A DNA stretch of 64,000 bases from an uncultured Chloroflexia bacterium (lineage in GTDB: Bacteria; Chloroflexota; Limnocylindria; Limnocylindrales; CSP1-4): positions 64,001-128,000 of the forward strand of contig CAVQJC010000011.1 in NCBI GenBank assembly GCA_963712745.1, given 5' to 3'. The notes under the pieces are model-generated. The model was given only the letters and a program-made list of their open reading frames with translations. It was not told the origin of the DNA and did not search any database. The position numbers were made by a program, and so were the translations under genes. Of the stretch, positions 11,965 to 21,368 are shown piece by piece (the first letter of the stretch is position 1; each line of letters starts with the position of its first letter).

Positions 11965-12907
11965 TGGCGAGCACCCACTCGGCCGTGGCTTCGTCGGTCA
12001 CGAACGTCTTCATGCAGGCTGCGCGGAGGGACCCGAGGGCCACCGGGCCGCGGCCCGGTCCGGCGGCGAGACCGACCGTGCTCTTGCCGCACAGCTCGGT
12101 CAGGGGCAGACCCACGGTGCGCTCGTCCAGGCTGGGCAGGGCGATCTCGCCGGTGACGGTGATGAAGCGGCCCAGGACGTCGCCCACGGCGCCGGCCTGC
12201 TCCAGGCGCCGCAGCTCCGCCAGGTCCAGGTAGCCCGAGGCCACGTGCACGCTGTCGGGGCCCATGAGGCCCATGCCGAAGACGGCGCTGGTGGCCTTGC
12301 GAGCGGCCTTGAGCGGCTGGGCCACTGATGGGTCCGCCTCCAGGGCCGCGCGCAGCTCCGCGCTGCCCACGATGGCCGGCGCGGGCATGAGTTGGATGGC
12401 GGCACCGGTGGTAGCACCGAATCGCTCCACCACTTCCTGGTAGCGGGTGGGCTTGGCCGAGCGGCTGATGGCGCCGTTGAGTTGGACGATCTGCTTGGCC
12501 TCCGTCCAGCCCGGCTGTAATCGATTCGCCAGCTCGATCATGGTGCGGCCCCAGGAGACGCCGATGACGCCGGTCGGTGCCATGGCGGCGAGATACCCGG
12601 CTGCGGCTGCGGCCACGCGCTCACGAGCCAACTGCTCGTCCTCGACCGGTTCGCCCGTCGTGGGCACGTCCACCACCACCGCATCGACCAGGCCGAAGCG
12701 CTGCACGAGGGCATCCTCGAGCGCGACCAGGCGCGCGACGGGGTGGACGATCTCGATGCGCACGGCCTGCTCCCGCAGCGCGCGGTCCAGCAGACGGCCG
12801 ACCTTGAAGCGACTCACGCCCAGGCGCTTGCCGATGGCGTCCTGGGTCAGTTCCCCGTGGTAATAGAGCTGCGCAGCGCGGACCATCAGGCGCGTGTCCA
12901 CCGACAC
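11957..12907 (-). CDS. Sugar-binding transcriptional regulator (SorC/DeoR/LsrR family); start uncertain (12886-12952)
   Basis: AAQLYYHGELTQDAIGKRLGVSRFKVGRLL HTH, IGVSWGRT, GAVGDVLGRF, VTDEATA. Confidence 0.9.
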   Translation of the reverse strand: MSVDTRLMVRAAQLYYHGELTQDAIGKRLGVSRFKVGRLLDRALREQAVRIEIVHPVARLVALEDALVQRFGLVDAVVVDVPTTGEPVEDEQLARERVAAAAAGYLAAMAPTGVIGVSWGRTMIELANRLQPGWTEAKQIVQLNGAISRSAKPTRYQEVVERFGATTGAAIQLMPAPAIVGSAELRAALEADPSVAQPLKAARKATSAVFGMGLMGPDSVHVASGYLDLAELRRLEQAGAVGDVLGRFITVTGEIALPSLDERTVGLPLTELCGKSTVGLAAGPGRGPVALGSLRAACMKTFVTDEATAEWVLAND

Positions 12908-12945
12908 GTGCTCAGTCGCAGGCGGATCCGTCGTGACGGACGCGA

Positions 12946-12980
12946 TGCTCAAATGTGCAGGCCTCTGCTCATATGCAGCA
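12946..12980. promoter_or_regulatory. Candidate operator: two quasi-palindromic boxes, TGCTCAAATGTGCA and TGCTCATATGCAGCA, 20 bp apart
   Basis: AT-richer repeated boxes in a GC-rich background, immediately downstream of the BMC-operon -10 box. Confidence 0.55.
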
Positions 12981-13008
12981 AGCGTAGCACCAGACTGCCG
13001 CCTGTCAA
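12981..13008 (-). promoter_or_regulatory. Sigma70-type promoter of the regulator-BMC operon
   Basis: Minus strand TTGACA-N16-TACGCT with an extended -10 TG. Confidence 0.65.
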
Positions 13009-13025
13009 GCGCGTATCGTCTGGGC

Positions 13026-13775
13026 ATGGAGCGTTTCAGCGACCGTCGCATCCTCGTCACCGGGGGCGCCAGCGGCATCGGTGCAGGCATCGCCAGGCGT
13101 CTCGCCGACGAGGGTGCGCAGGTGACCGTCTTCGACCTCCAGCCCGTCGGCCCGGACGCGGTCGGTATCGTCTCGGTGCAGGGCAGCGTGGCCGACGAGA
13201 CAGCCGTCCGCGAGGCCGTCCGCGTGGCTGCCGGGGAGGAGGGCCGCCTGCACGGACTCGTCAACAATGCTGGTGTCATGGGCCCCGGTGTGATCGACCG
13301 TCTCGACTTCGACGAATGGCACCAGGTGCTCGACGTGAACGTCGGCGGCTACATGCTCGCCGCCAAGCACGCCTTCGGCCCGATGCGGGCGGCCGGCGGC
13401 GGCGCCATCGTCAACTGCTCATCGATCATGGCCTTCAGCAGCGGACCCGGTCAGGCGGCCTACTCGGCCAGCAAGTCGGCAGTGCTGGGCCTGACGCGCG
13501 GCGTGGCCATGGACGGGGCGCCGCACGGCATCCGCTGCAATGCCGTCTGCCCGGGGACCATCGAGACGCCCATGTACGAGCGCCACCTGGCACGCCAGGA
13601 CGACGCGGAGGCCGAGCACCAGCGACACCTGGAGCTGTACCCGTTGGGCCGCCTGGGACAGCCGCAGGACGTCGCCGGCCTGGTCGCGTTCCTGCTGTCG
13701 GACGACGCGGCCTGGATCACGGGGCAGGACTTCATCATCGACGGTGGGTTCCTCGCCGCAGGCACGGTCAGATGA
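13026..13775 (+). CDS. SDR family NAD(P)-dependent oxidoreductase
   Basis: TGGASGIG, NNAG, YSASK, NAVCPG, DGG. Confidence 0.93.
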   Translation: MERFSDRRILVTGGASGIGAGIARRLADEGAQVTVFDLQPVGPDAVGIVSVQGSVADETAVREAVRVAAGEEGRLHGLVNNAGVMGPGVIDRLDFDEWHQVLDVNVGGYMLAAKHAFGPMRAAGGGAIVNCSSIMAFSSGPGQAAYSASKSAVLGLTRGVAMDGAPHGIRCNAVCPGTIETPMYERHLARQDDAEAEHQRHLELYPLGRLGQPQDVAGLVAFLLSDDAAWITGQDFIIDGGFLAAGTVR

Positions 13776-15016
13776 CCGTCACCATCGACTCGGTCCAGGC
13801 CATCACGCTGCGGCCGACCACGGAGAACCTGGTGCTGGTCAAGGTCGGGACGTCGGAGCCCGGCCTCCACGGCTGGGGCTGCGCCACGTTCACGCAGCGC
13901 TACACGGCCGTGGTGGAGGTGGTAGAGACCTACCTGGCGCCGTTGCTGGTGGGCCGGGATGTGGCGCGCATCAGCGAGCTGTGGCGACTCATGGTCACCA
14001 ACGGCTACTGGCGCAACGGGCCCGTGCTCAACAACGCCATCTCCGGGGTGGACCAGGCGCTCTGGGACATCAAGGGCAGGCAGGCCCGCCTGCCCGTGTA
14101 CGACCTGCTCGGCGGCAAGGTGCGGGAAGCGGCGGCGGTCTACCAGCATGCGGCCGGTCGTGATGCCGAGGAGCTGTGCGATGCGGCCGGTTCGCTGGTG
14201 GAGCAGGGTCTCCGGCACGTTCGTGTCCAGCTGAGCAAGGCTCCGCCCGCTACGGCAGGGGAGCTCAAGGCCGCCGCCGCGGGCTATGGCGGGGTGGGCC
14301 TCTCCGGTCCGGCACCGGACGGCGCACTGCCCGGGGCCTACTTCGACCCCGTGGTATACCGGCGCACGATGCTCGAGGCGTTCGAGCGCCTGCGTGGCGC
14401 TCTCGGCGCGGACGTGGGCCTGCTACACGACGTCCATTCGCGGCTGGCCCCGGCGGACGCGGTCGACTTCGCTCGAGGGGCAGAGCCGTACGGGCTGTTC
14501 TTCCTCGAGGATGCCCTGCCGCCCGAACATCTCGACTGGTACGGCCGACTGCGCGCGGCCACGACCACGCCCCAGGCGGTCGGAGAGCTGTTCGTCCATC
14601 CGGCCGAATGGCTGCCCCTGGTCAAGGAGCGGCACATCGACTTCCTGCGCCTGCACGTCTCGGCTATCGGTGGGCTGACGCCGGCCTGGCGGGCAGCGCA
14701 AGTCTGCGAGTCGCACGGCGTGCGCACGGCCTGGCACGGGCCCAAGGACGTCTCGCCCGTGGGCCATGCCGCTCAGCTCCACCTCGACGTGGCCAGCCAC
14801 GCTTTCGGCATCCAGGAGTTCGCCGGGTTCAGCGAGGCCGAGCGGGAGATCTTCAGCGGGCTGCCGGAGCTGCGGGACGGGTACCTCTATCCGGGCGCGC
14901 GACCGGGGTTCGGCATCGAGGTCGACGAGGCCGCTGCAGCCCGCTTCCCGGCCTCGGCCGAGGTCATCGATTGGACCCAGTCCCGCTATCGAGACGGATC
15001 GCTGTCCTACCCCTAG
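13772..15016 (+). CDS. Enolase-superfamily sugar-acid dehydratase (mannonate dehydratase/RspA-like)
   Basis: GCATFTQR, YWRNGPVLNNAISGVDQALWDIKG, LHDVH, FFLED, GELF, TAWHGP. Confidence 0.88.
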   Translation: MTVTIDSVQAITLRPTTENLVLVKVGTSEPGLHGWGCATFTQRYTAVVEVVETYLAPLLVGRDVARISELWRLMVTNGYWRNGPVLNNAISGVDQALWDIKGRQARLPVYDLLGGKVREAAAVYQHAAGRDAEELCDAAGSLVEQGLRHVRVQLSKAPPATAGELKAAAAGYGGVGLSGPAPDGALPGAYFDPVVYRRTMLEAFERLRGALGADVGLLHDVHSRLAPADAVDFARGAEPYGLFFLEDALPPEHLDWYGRLRAATTTPQAVGELFVHPAEWLPLVKERHIDFLRLHVSAIGGLTPAWRAAQVCESHGVRTAWHGPKDVSPVGHAAQLHLDVASHAFGIQEFAGFSEAEREIFSGLPELRDGYLYPGARPGFGIEVDEAAAARFPASAEVIDWTQSRYRDGSLSYP

Positions 15017-15119
15017 CGGGGAGACGGGCCTCGAGGAACGAGGGGGTGAGTCCGCTGGTACCAAAGACCGCGACGCCGTCGTGCCAACGTCGCGGTCCCG
15101 GTCGTATCGTGGCTCGCGT

Positions 15120-15680
15120 CTAGAAGACGCTGTCAGGGTTGTAGAAGCGCTCCACGTTCTTGTCGGTGATAAGGGGAGATGGGAAGACGCTGTCCTGGGG
15201 CGCGTTCGCACCGGCCAGGATGGCCATGATCCGATGGAAGCCCGCCCGCCCGATCTGGTCGGAGTTGTTGAGACCAGTCGACTTGTAGGCGCCACCGTCC
15301 ATGATGGCGACGAGCGCTTCCTTCTGGCCGTCGACCCCGGCGATAATGACCTGGTCGGACAGGCCCTGGTCCTCGACGACCTTGAGCGCACCCAAGCACA
15401 TCGAGTCGTTCTCGCAGAAGACGGCATCGAGGTCCGGGTTCTGGGCCAGCAAGGTTTCAGCCGCGGTGAAACCACCGTCGGTGCTCCAGTCGGCGAAGTC
15501 GGGGTAGGTGATGACCTCGATGTCGGAAGCCTCCACCTTACTGAGCATGCCGTTGGTGCGATCCAGGCCGATGCTGTTGTCGGCGGGGCCGCCACGGATG
15601 ACGCCGAGCTTGCCGCTGCCACCGAGCGTCTCGACGAGGTAGTCGCCGGTCTGCTCGCCGACTGCGTGAGCCGCTGCTCC
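15120..15680 (-). pseudogene. 5'-truncated sugar ABC transporter substrate-binding protein (RbsB-like, C-terminal half)
   Basis: ADWS, AVFCENDSM.LGA, IAGVDG, LITDKNV present; no signal peptide or N-terminal lobe upstream. Confidence 0.65.
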
Positions 15681-15827
15681 GGGCGTCACGAGAGCTCTCT
15701 CGGCAGCTCGGCGGACAGCCCCCGGCCTAGGCCTTCGCCCGGACATGGACGTGAGGCGGCGCCGCACCTGGAGGTGAAGCGCCGTGACTGGGTGGCTGGT
15801 TCGGCGCTCGAGGCGCCGGGTCCGAAG

Positions 15828-16277
15828 CTAGATCGTCAGCTGCGAGCGCAGCATCCAGGCCGCCTTCTCGACCTCGTCGGTCGTACTGATGAGGATGTCC
15901 TGGCTGATCGGGTCATCTTCGCCGACGGCCACGATGCGCTCCTTCATGCGCACGGCGATGGTTTCCATGGCGGCGGCCACGCGCTGCACCGTCTCGGTGG
16001 CGGGTACGAAGCCCTCCGGGTAGGGCGGCAGCTCGCTGGAGGTGCCCACGGTCTCGGCGCGGCCGTCCGGGGCCACCCCGATGGTAGCCAGGCGTTCGGC
16101 CACGCGGTCGGAGGCCAGGCGGGCCAGGTCGACGATCTCGTCGAGTTCGAGGTGCACGGAGCGGAACTGTGGGCCGGTCACGTTCCAGTGGGCCTGCTTG
16201 CCCAGGAGCGAGAGGTCCACGAGCTCGACGAGGGTGGCCTGCAGGGCCCCGGTGACGTTCTCGGTGGGTGCGGTCAT
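15828..16277 (-). CDS. dps: DNA starvation/stationary-phase protection protein (Dps family)
   Basis: KQAHWNVTGPQFRSVHLELDE, DRVAER, EKAAWML. Confidence 0.93.
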   Translation of the reverse strand: MTAPTENVTGALQATLVELVDLSLLGKQAHWNVTGPQFRSVHLELDEIVDLARLASDRVAERLATIGVAPDGRAETVGTSSELPPYPEGFVPATETVQRVAAAMETIAVRMKERIVAVGEDDPISQDILISTTDEVEKAAWMLRSQLTI

Positions 16278-16348
16278 GGCATCTCCTTCGCGCTTCGCGC
16301 GGCGTGGTCAGGGCGTGGGGGATGTGCGGCAATGGTACGCCGTTCTGG

Positions 16349-17086
16349 TCACGGCACGGTGACACCCTGCAGGCGCTCCCACAGCGCCTCAGCGTGCAGG
16401 GCCATCTGCCCGTCCTCGTCGTGCCGGAAGAAGACGAAGGTGTCGGTCCCCTGGGCCGCCAGCGGCTCCAGCCGCGCCGCCCAGCGCTCGATGTCGGCAG
16501 GCTCGTAGGCCGTGCGGCGCAGGCGCAGGTAGACGAACCCTCCGCCCCGCTCCAGGTCGGGCTCCTCCCGATCGTCCCAATCGACCAGGACCAAGGCCAT
16601 CCCGGCATCGCGCAGCCGCTCGTGGACTCCGTCGGTGCGCCAGCTCGGATGCGGCAGCTCCAGCGCCAGCGGCGTGTCCCTGGGCCAGGCTCCAAGCACC
16701 CGCTCGAGTGCCGTGTCGTCGCGTTGGAGCGAACCACGCATGGACATGAGCACGCACCCGAGCCGCGTGCCGAAGACCTTCATGGACTCCGTTAGCCAGG
16801 CGAACGATGTGCCTGGGTCATCGTGTGACCACGCTCGCCACGACGTGCCGCGCTGGGCCTTGGGGCAGAAGCGGAACGATCCGGGTGTCTCGCGCAGCCA
16901 CTTGGCCACCTGCTCCGGTGGTGGCCGGCGGAAGAAGGTGGTGTTGAGCTCCACTGCCGGCAGCCGCTCGGCGTAGGCCACGAGCAGCTTGCGGCTGGCC
17001 TTGCCAGGCGCGTAGAACCGGGGCACCCACTCCGGATATGAGAATCCGCTGGTGCCGACGTAGAGCCGGCCGCGTTCGCTAGCCAC
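16349..17086 (-). CDS. DUF72 family protein
   Basis: VGTSGFSY..W, VELNTTFF, E.PHPSW, YLRLR. Confidence 0.88.
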   Translation of the reverse strand: MASERGRLYVGTSGFSYPEWVPRFYAPGKASRKLLVAYAERLPAVELNTTFFRRPPPEQVAKWLRETPGSFRFCPKAQRGTSWRAWSHDDPGTSFAWLTESMKVFGTRLGCVLMSMRGSLQRDDTALERVLGAWPRDTPLALELPHPSWRTDGVHERLRDAGMALVLVDWDDREEPDLERGGGFVYLRLRRTAYEPADIERWAARLEPLAAQGTDTFVFFRHDEDGQMALHAEALWERLQGVTVP

Positions 17087-17217
17087 GAGACGCAGCCTAC
17101 GCCCTTGCGTGCCGCGTATGCCCTTGCGGGCTGCCCACGCCAGGGCGGTGCTGGATGGCACTTGACCCCGAAGGGGGACGCCCGACGATGAAGTGGCGCT
17201 CGTGCAGGGGGAGGTCG

Positions 17218-17477
17218 ATGTCGGATCGGGGCGGTGATGAGGACCGCTCCGAGTTGGGTGCCGAGTACCAGTTCATACGCGGCTACATCAGCGCACACGT
17301 GGACTGACTCTGTTCATCGTCGGTGGCGTGGCGCTCCTGGCGGCCATCGGAGGGTCTGTGCAGGATGGCCCGCTCGCCATCGTCTTCGTGGCCGGCGCGA
17401 TCGGCACGCTGGTGCTGCTGGTCGGCACGCTGGTGTGGGCGCTCTTCCGGATGATTCGCTGGTGGGACGCAGAGTGA
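17218..17477 (+). pseudogene. Small two-TM membrane protein split by a 1-bp frameshift
   Basis: GGGGGAGG RBS + ATG 17218 (MSDRGG...ISAHV); one added G near 17301 joins it to the hydrophobic frame GLTLFIVGG...RWWDAE*. Confidence 0.45.
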
Positions 17478-17512
17478 TTGCCACCGTGGCGCCGATCTCG
17501 CTGAAGGTCCGG

Positions 17513-18580
17513 TCAGTCGGCCGGGGCCTCGACCTCCGCTGCCTCCGCCCGGGCGTGGCCGAAGAGCGGGCGCTGGCCCACGCTGGCGTTGACCAGCACG
17601 ACCCCCGCGACGATGAGCGCTGCCCCGACCAGCTCCAATGGGCGTAGCCGCTCGCCGAGGAAGACGAAGCCGAGCGCGATGGCCACGACGGGGATGAGGT
17701 AGGTCACGAGCGTGGTCCGCGTCGCTCCCCAGCGCGCGATGATGCGGTAGAAGAGCAGGTACGCCACCCCCGTGCCGAGCGCTCCCAGCCAGATCAGGCC
17801 GACCCAGCCGAGGGCGCTCTCGGGGATGGTCAGCAGCCCGCCCTCGGGTCGCTCGAGGACGAGCGCGAGCAGGCTGATCATGAGCAGGGCCGACACGGTC
17901 GAGCCCAGCGAGATCTCGACCGGCAGCGGAGCCCGGAAGGTGCCGTCCGACTGCTCGATGATGGGCATGCCGGTCACCCGCCGCCGCGTGTAGACCGAGG
18001 CGACCGCGTAGAAGACCGCCGCGCCGGCCACCGCCAGCATGCCGGCCACCGCCAGCGCTGCGTCCTCATCGCCACCTGCTGCCTCCAGGCTCGGTAGCGC
18101 CAGCACGATGACACCCACGAAGCCGATGCCCAGGCCTCCGACCTTGGCGGGGGTGATGTGCTCGTCGGCAAGGGCCACGGCAGCGAAGACGATGGTGAAC
18201 AGCGGCACCATGGCGTTGAGGATCGAGGCCATACCCGAAGGGATGTACTGCTGGCCCCAGGCGATGAGCGCGAAGGGCACCACGATGTTGGTCGCGCCCA
18301 GGAAGGCCATGCGCTTCCACAGGTTCCAGCGCAGCGGCAGGCGTCCACCGCGGGCCAGCAGCACGACCGCCAGCAGCAGCCCGGCGAAGAGTGTGCGCAG
18401 GCTCACCAGGGCCAGCGGGGTAACGCCCTCGTCGAGGCCGATCTTGATCCACAGGAACGAGCTGCCCCAGATAGCAGACAGCACGAGGAACATGGCCCAC
18501 GTCTGGGGGTCGCTGGCGGAGTGAGTGGTCGGCTGGTACTTGGGGTGGTCGGGTCTGCTCACGGCCTTGATGCTAGACAC
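17513..18580 (-). CDS. DMT/EamA family transporter
   Basis: IWGSSFLWIK, two EamA repeats, YLIPVVA, FLGE. Confidence 0.9.
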   Translation of the reverse strand: MSSIKAVSRPDHPKYQPTTHSASDPQTWAMFLVLSAIWGSSFLWIKIGLDEGVTPLALVSLRTLFAGLLLAVVLLARGGRLPLRWNLWKRMAFLGATNIVVPFALIAWGQQYIPSGMASILNAMVPLFTIVFAAVALADEHITPAKVGGLGIGFVGVIVLALPSLEAAGGDEDAALAVAGMLAVAGAAVFYAVASVYTRRRVTGMPIIEQSDGTFRAPLPVEISLGSTVSALLMISLLALVLERPEGGLLTIPESALGWVGLIWLGALGTGVAYLLFYRIIARWGATRTTLVTYLIPVVAIALGFVFLGERLRPLELVGAALIVAGVVLVNASVGQRPLFGHARAEAAEVEAPAD

Positions 18581-18643
18581 ATCAGCAGGGAGGCAGGTCG
18601 CGCCGCGGTCCCGCCCCGATCACGTCGCGCTACCATCGCCTGC

Positions 18644-19234
18644 GTGAGCCGCTACGACGCCACCACTGCGCTCCTGGTCATCGACGTCCAGAACGACTTC
18701 TCCGATCCGGCCGGCTCGCTGTCCGTGAAGGGGGGCGCCGATGTCGTGCCGGTCATCAACGGTGAGATCGAGGCCGCCCTCGCGGCCGGCGGCAAGGTCT
18801 TCTACACACAGGACTGGCATCCGCCCTCTACGCCCCACTTCGAGAAGGACGGCGGCATCTGGCCGGTCCACTGCGTGGCCGACACCTGGGGTGCCGAGCT
18901 TCATCCCGACCTGCGCATCGAAGGCCCGGTCGTGCGCAAGGGCAGCAACGGCGAGGACGGCTACAGCGGCTTCACCATGCGCGACCCTGAGACGGGTGAG
19001 ACCCAGCCCACCGAGCTCGAGGGCCTTCTCCGCGCAAACGGCATCAGGCAACTCGTCATCGCCGGCCTGGCCACCGACTACTGCGTGCTGGCCACCGGCA
19101 TCGACGCCCGGGCACGCAAATACCCGACGACCCTGCTGGCGGCCGCCATGCGCGCCGTAGACCTGCAGCCGGGCGACGGCGAGAAGGCGCTGGCGGAGCT
19201 GCGGCTGGCCGGTGCCTACGTGGACGAGGGCTAG
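18644..19234 (+). CDS. pncA: Nicotinamidase/pyrazinamidase (isochorismatase family)
   Basis: IDVQNDF, QDWH, WPVHCV, KG, YSGF, GLATDYCV. Confidence 0.85.
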   Translation: MSRYDATTALLVIDVQNDFSDPAGSLSVKGGADVVPVINGEIEAALAAGGKVFYTQDWHPPSTPHFEKDGGIWPVHCVADTWGAELHPDLRIEGPVVRKGSNGEDGYSGFTMRDPETGETQPTELEGLLRANGIRQLVIAGLATDYCVLATGIDARARKYPTTLLAAAMRAVDLQPGDGEKALAELRLAGAYVDEG

Positions 19235-19328
19235 CGCGAAGACGCCACCAGCCGGTGCCCCGGCGCCCCAAGCATGGCAATCACAAAGCACGGCACGGAC
19301 AGCGCCCGGTGGCACTAGACTGCGCGCC

Positions 19329-20432
19329 ATGACGACGAAGGACGAACGACCCTACTCACCTGGTCTCGCCGGCGTCCTCGCGGGGGAGACTGCGCTTTCT
19401 CTCGTCGACGGTGCCAACGGTCGACTGCTCTATCGTGGCTACCCCATCGGTGAGCTTGTCCGTGAGGGCAGCTTCGCCCAGGTCACCCACCTGCTCTGGG
19501 CCGATGAGTGGCTGGCTGAGGCACACCTGCCCTGCGCGCCCCTCGACGCACCCATCGTCGCGGCGCTGCGTGACCTGCCCGAGGGTGCGCATCCCATGGA
19601 TGCGCTGCGCACGGCGTTCTCGGTGTGGGGCGCGATCCACCGCACGGTGTGGCCACCGACCGTCGAGCAGGCGCGCGAGCTCACGGCCATGGGGCCGTCC
19701 GCACTGGCCGCCTTCGGCCGCCTGCGCCAGGGCCTCGAGCCGATCGAGCCGGACCCGTCGCTCGACACTACCGCCGGCTTTCTCTACCAGCTCAACGGCG
19801 AGCAACCGGATGAGGCCGCGGCCAGGGCGCTCGATGCCTACTTCATCGTGGGTGCCGACCACGGCTTCAACGCCTCCACCTTCACGGCACGCGTCATCAC
19901 CTCCACGCGCTCGGACATCGCCAGCGCCGTGGCCGGTGCCACCGGCGCCCTGAAGGGCCCGCTCCATGGCGGGGCTCCCTCCGAAGTGGTGAGCCAGCTC
20001 AACGAGATCGGCTCGCCCGAGGCCGCCGAGCAGTGGATCAACGACGCCATCGATCGCGGTGAGCGCTTGATGGGCTTCGGCCACCGTGTCTACCGCGCCT
20101 ACGACCCCCGCGCTGCGGCCTTGCGCGAGGTGGCCGAGCAGATGAGGTCCATCGCCGACTGGCTGGAGCTGGCCGTGGCCGTCGAGGATGTGGCCCTGCG
20201 GGTGCTCGAGGAGCGCTATCCCGATCGTCCACTCAAGACCAACGTGGAGTACTACACTGCGGCCGTCCTGCAGGGCGTGGGCCTGCCGCCCGATCTCTTC
20301 CCGGCCACCTTTGCCATGGCCCGGACCGCCGGTTGGACCGCACACTCCATCGAGCAGGCCGGGGTCGACAAGCTCATCCGACCCGACGTGATCTACACCG
20401 GCCCCCAAGAGCGTCACCTGCCCACTTCCTGA
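19329..20432 (+). CDS. Citrate/2-methylcitrate synthase family protein
   Basis: LYRGY, HPMD, DHGFNASTF, GPLHGGA, MGFGHRVY, NVEYY. Confidence 0.9.
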   Translation: MTTKDERPYSPGLAGVLAGETALSLVDGANGRLLYRGYPIGELVREGSFAQVTHLLWADEWLAEAHLPCAPLDAPIVAALRDLPEGAHPMDALRTAFSVWGAIHRTVWPPTVEQARELTAMGPSALAAFGRLRQGLEPIEPDPSLDTTAGFLYQLNGEQPDEAAARALDAYFIVGADHGFNASTFTARVITSTRSDIASAVAGATGALKGPLHGGAPSEVVSQLNEIGSPEAAEQWINDAIDRGERLMGFGHRVYRAYDPRAAALREVAEQMRSIADWLELAVAVEDVALRVLEERYPDRPLKTNVEYYTAAVLQGVGLPPDLFPATFAMARTAGWTAHSIEQAGVDKLIRPDVIYTGPQERHLPTS

Positions 20433-20460
20433 GCCCGCACGCCACCACGAGGGCAACGCC

Positions 20461-21366
20461 ATGGCCGTGAAGATCTCGGGCCTCATCAACACCTGGAACG
20501 AGGCCGAGACCATCCGCTACGCGGTGGAGTCCCTCAAGACCTGGTGTGACGAGGTGCTCATCGTCGACCAGCAGTCCTCGGACGACACGGTCACCATCGC
20601 TCGTGCCTGCGGAGCCAAGGTCATCGAGGTCGAGGCCACCGGCTACGTGGAGATCATCCGCGAGCTGTCGGTGGGGTTGACCGAGCACGACTGGGTCATG
20701 GTGCTCGACTCGGACGAGATCGTGCACCCGAACCTGGGCCGGCGCCTGCGGGAGATCGCCGAAACGGGCGAGGCCAACGTGGTCAAGATCCCACGGCGCA
20801 ACATGATCCTGGGCAGGGAGATGCAGCACGGCCAGTGGTGGCCCAATGCCAAGCGCCGCTTCTTCCACAAGGATTGGATCGACATCCGCGTGGAGATGCA
20901 CGGCGGCTTCCACGCGGCCGAAGGCGCCACCGAGATCATGCTGCCCCTGGACCGAGACTGCTGCCTGTGGCACTTCAGCTATCACAACATCGCCGACGTG
21001 GTCTGGAAGTCGCAGCGCTACACGACCGTGCAGGCCTGGCAGCGCGCTCGCTCCGGAAGGCGTCCCGGGCCCCGTCGCTGGTTCCGGGTGGCCGTACGGC
21101 AGGCCTGGAAGGAGTTCGTCAAGGGCCGCGCGTACCGCGATGGCGCGGCCGGCATCGCGGTCTCGGTCGTGCGCATCATGGATCGCTTCCTGGTGCAGGC
21201 CAAGCAGTGGGACGAGACCGACTCGCATGGGCGGGCGGAGGAGTATCAGCGCATGAAGGAGGAGATGCTCGGACTGGAGCATGATCCCGATCTTGCGCCC
21301 ATCGACCACAGCGACCTCGAGCGGTTGGAGAAGGCGCCCGAAGCGGTGGGGGAGGTGCAGTTCTAG
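20461..21366 (+). CDS. Glycosyltransferase family 2
   Basis: NEAE, VDQQSSDDT, LDSDE (DxD) motifs. Confidence 0.88.
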   Translation: MAVKISGLINTWNEAETIRYAVESLKTWCDEVLIVDQQSSDDTVTIARACGAKVIEVEATGYVEIIRELSVGLTEHDWVMVLDSDEIVHPNLGRRLREIAETGEANVVKIPRRNMILGREMQHGQWWPNAKRRFFHKDWIDIRVEMHGGFHAAEGATEIMLPLDRDCCLWHFSYHNIADVVWKSQRYTTVQAWQRARSGRRPGPRRWFRVAVRQAWKEFVKGRAYRDGAAGIAVSVVRIMDRFLVQAKQWDETDSHGRAEEYQRMKEEMLGLEHDPDLAPIDHSDLERLEKAPEAVGEVQF

Positions 21367-21368
21367 CC

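Noticed and set aside
12743-13771. Apparent 757-aa ORF extending the dehydratase upstream
   Set aside because: Off-frame read-through over the SDR gene in high-GC DNA; the real start is 13772.
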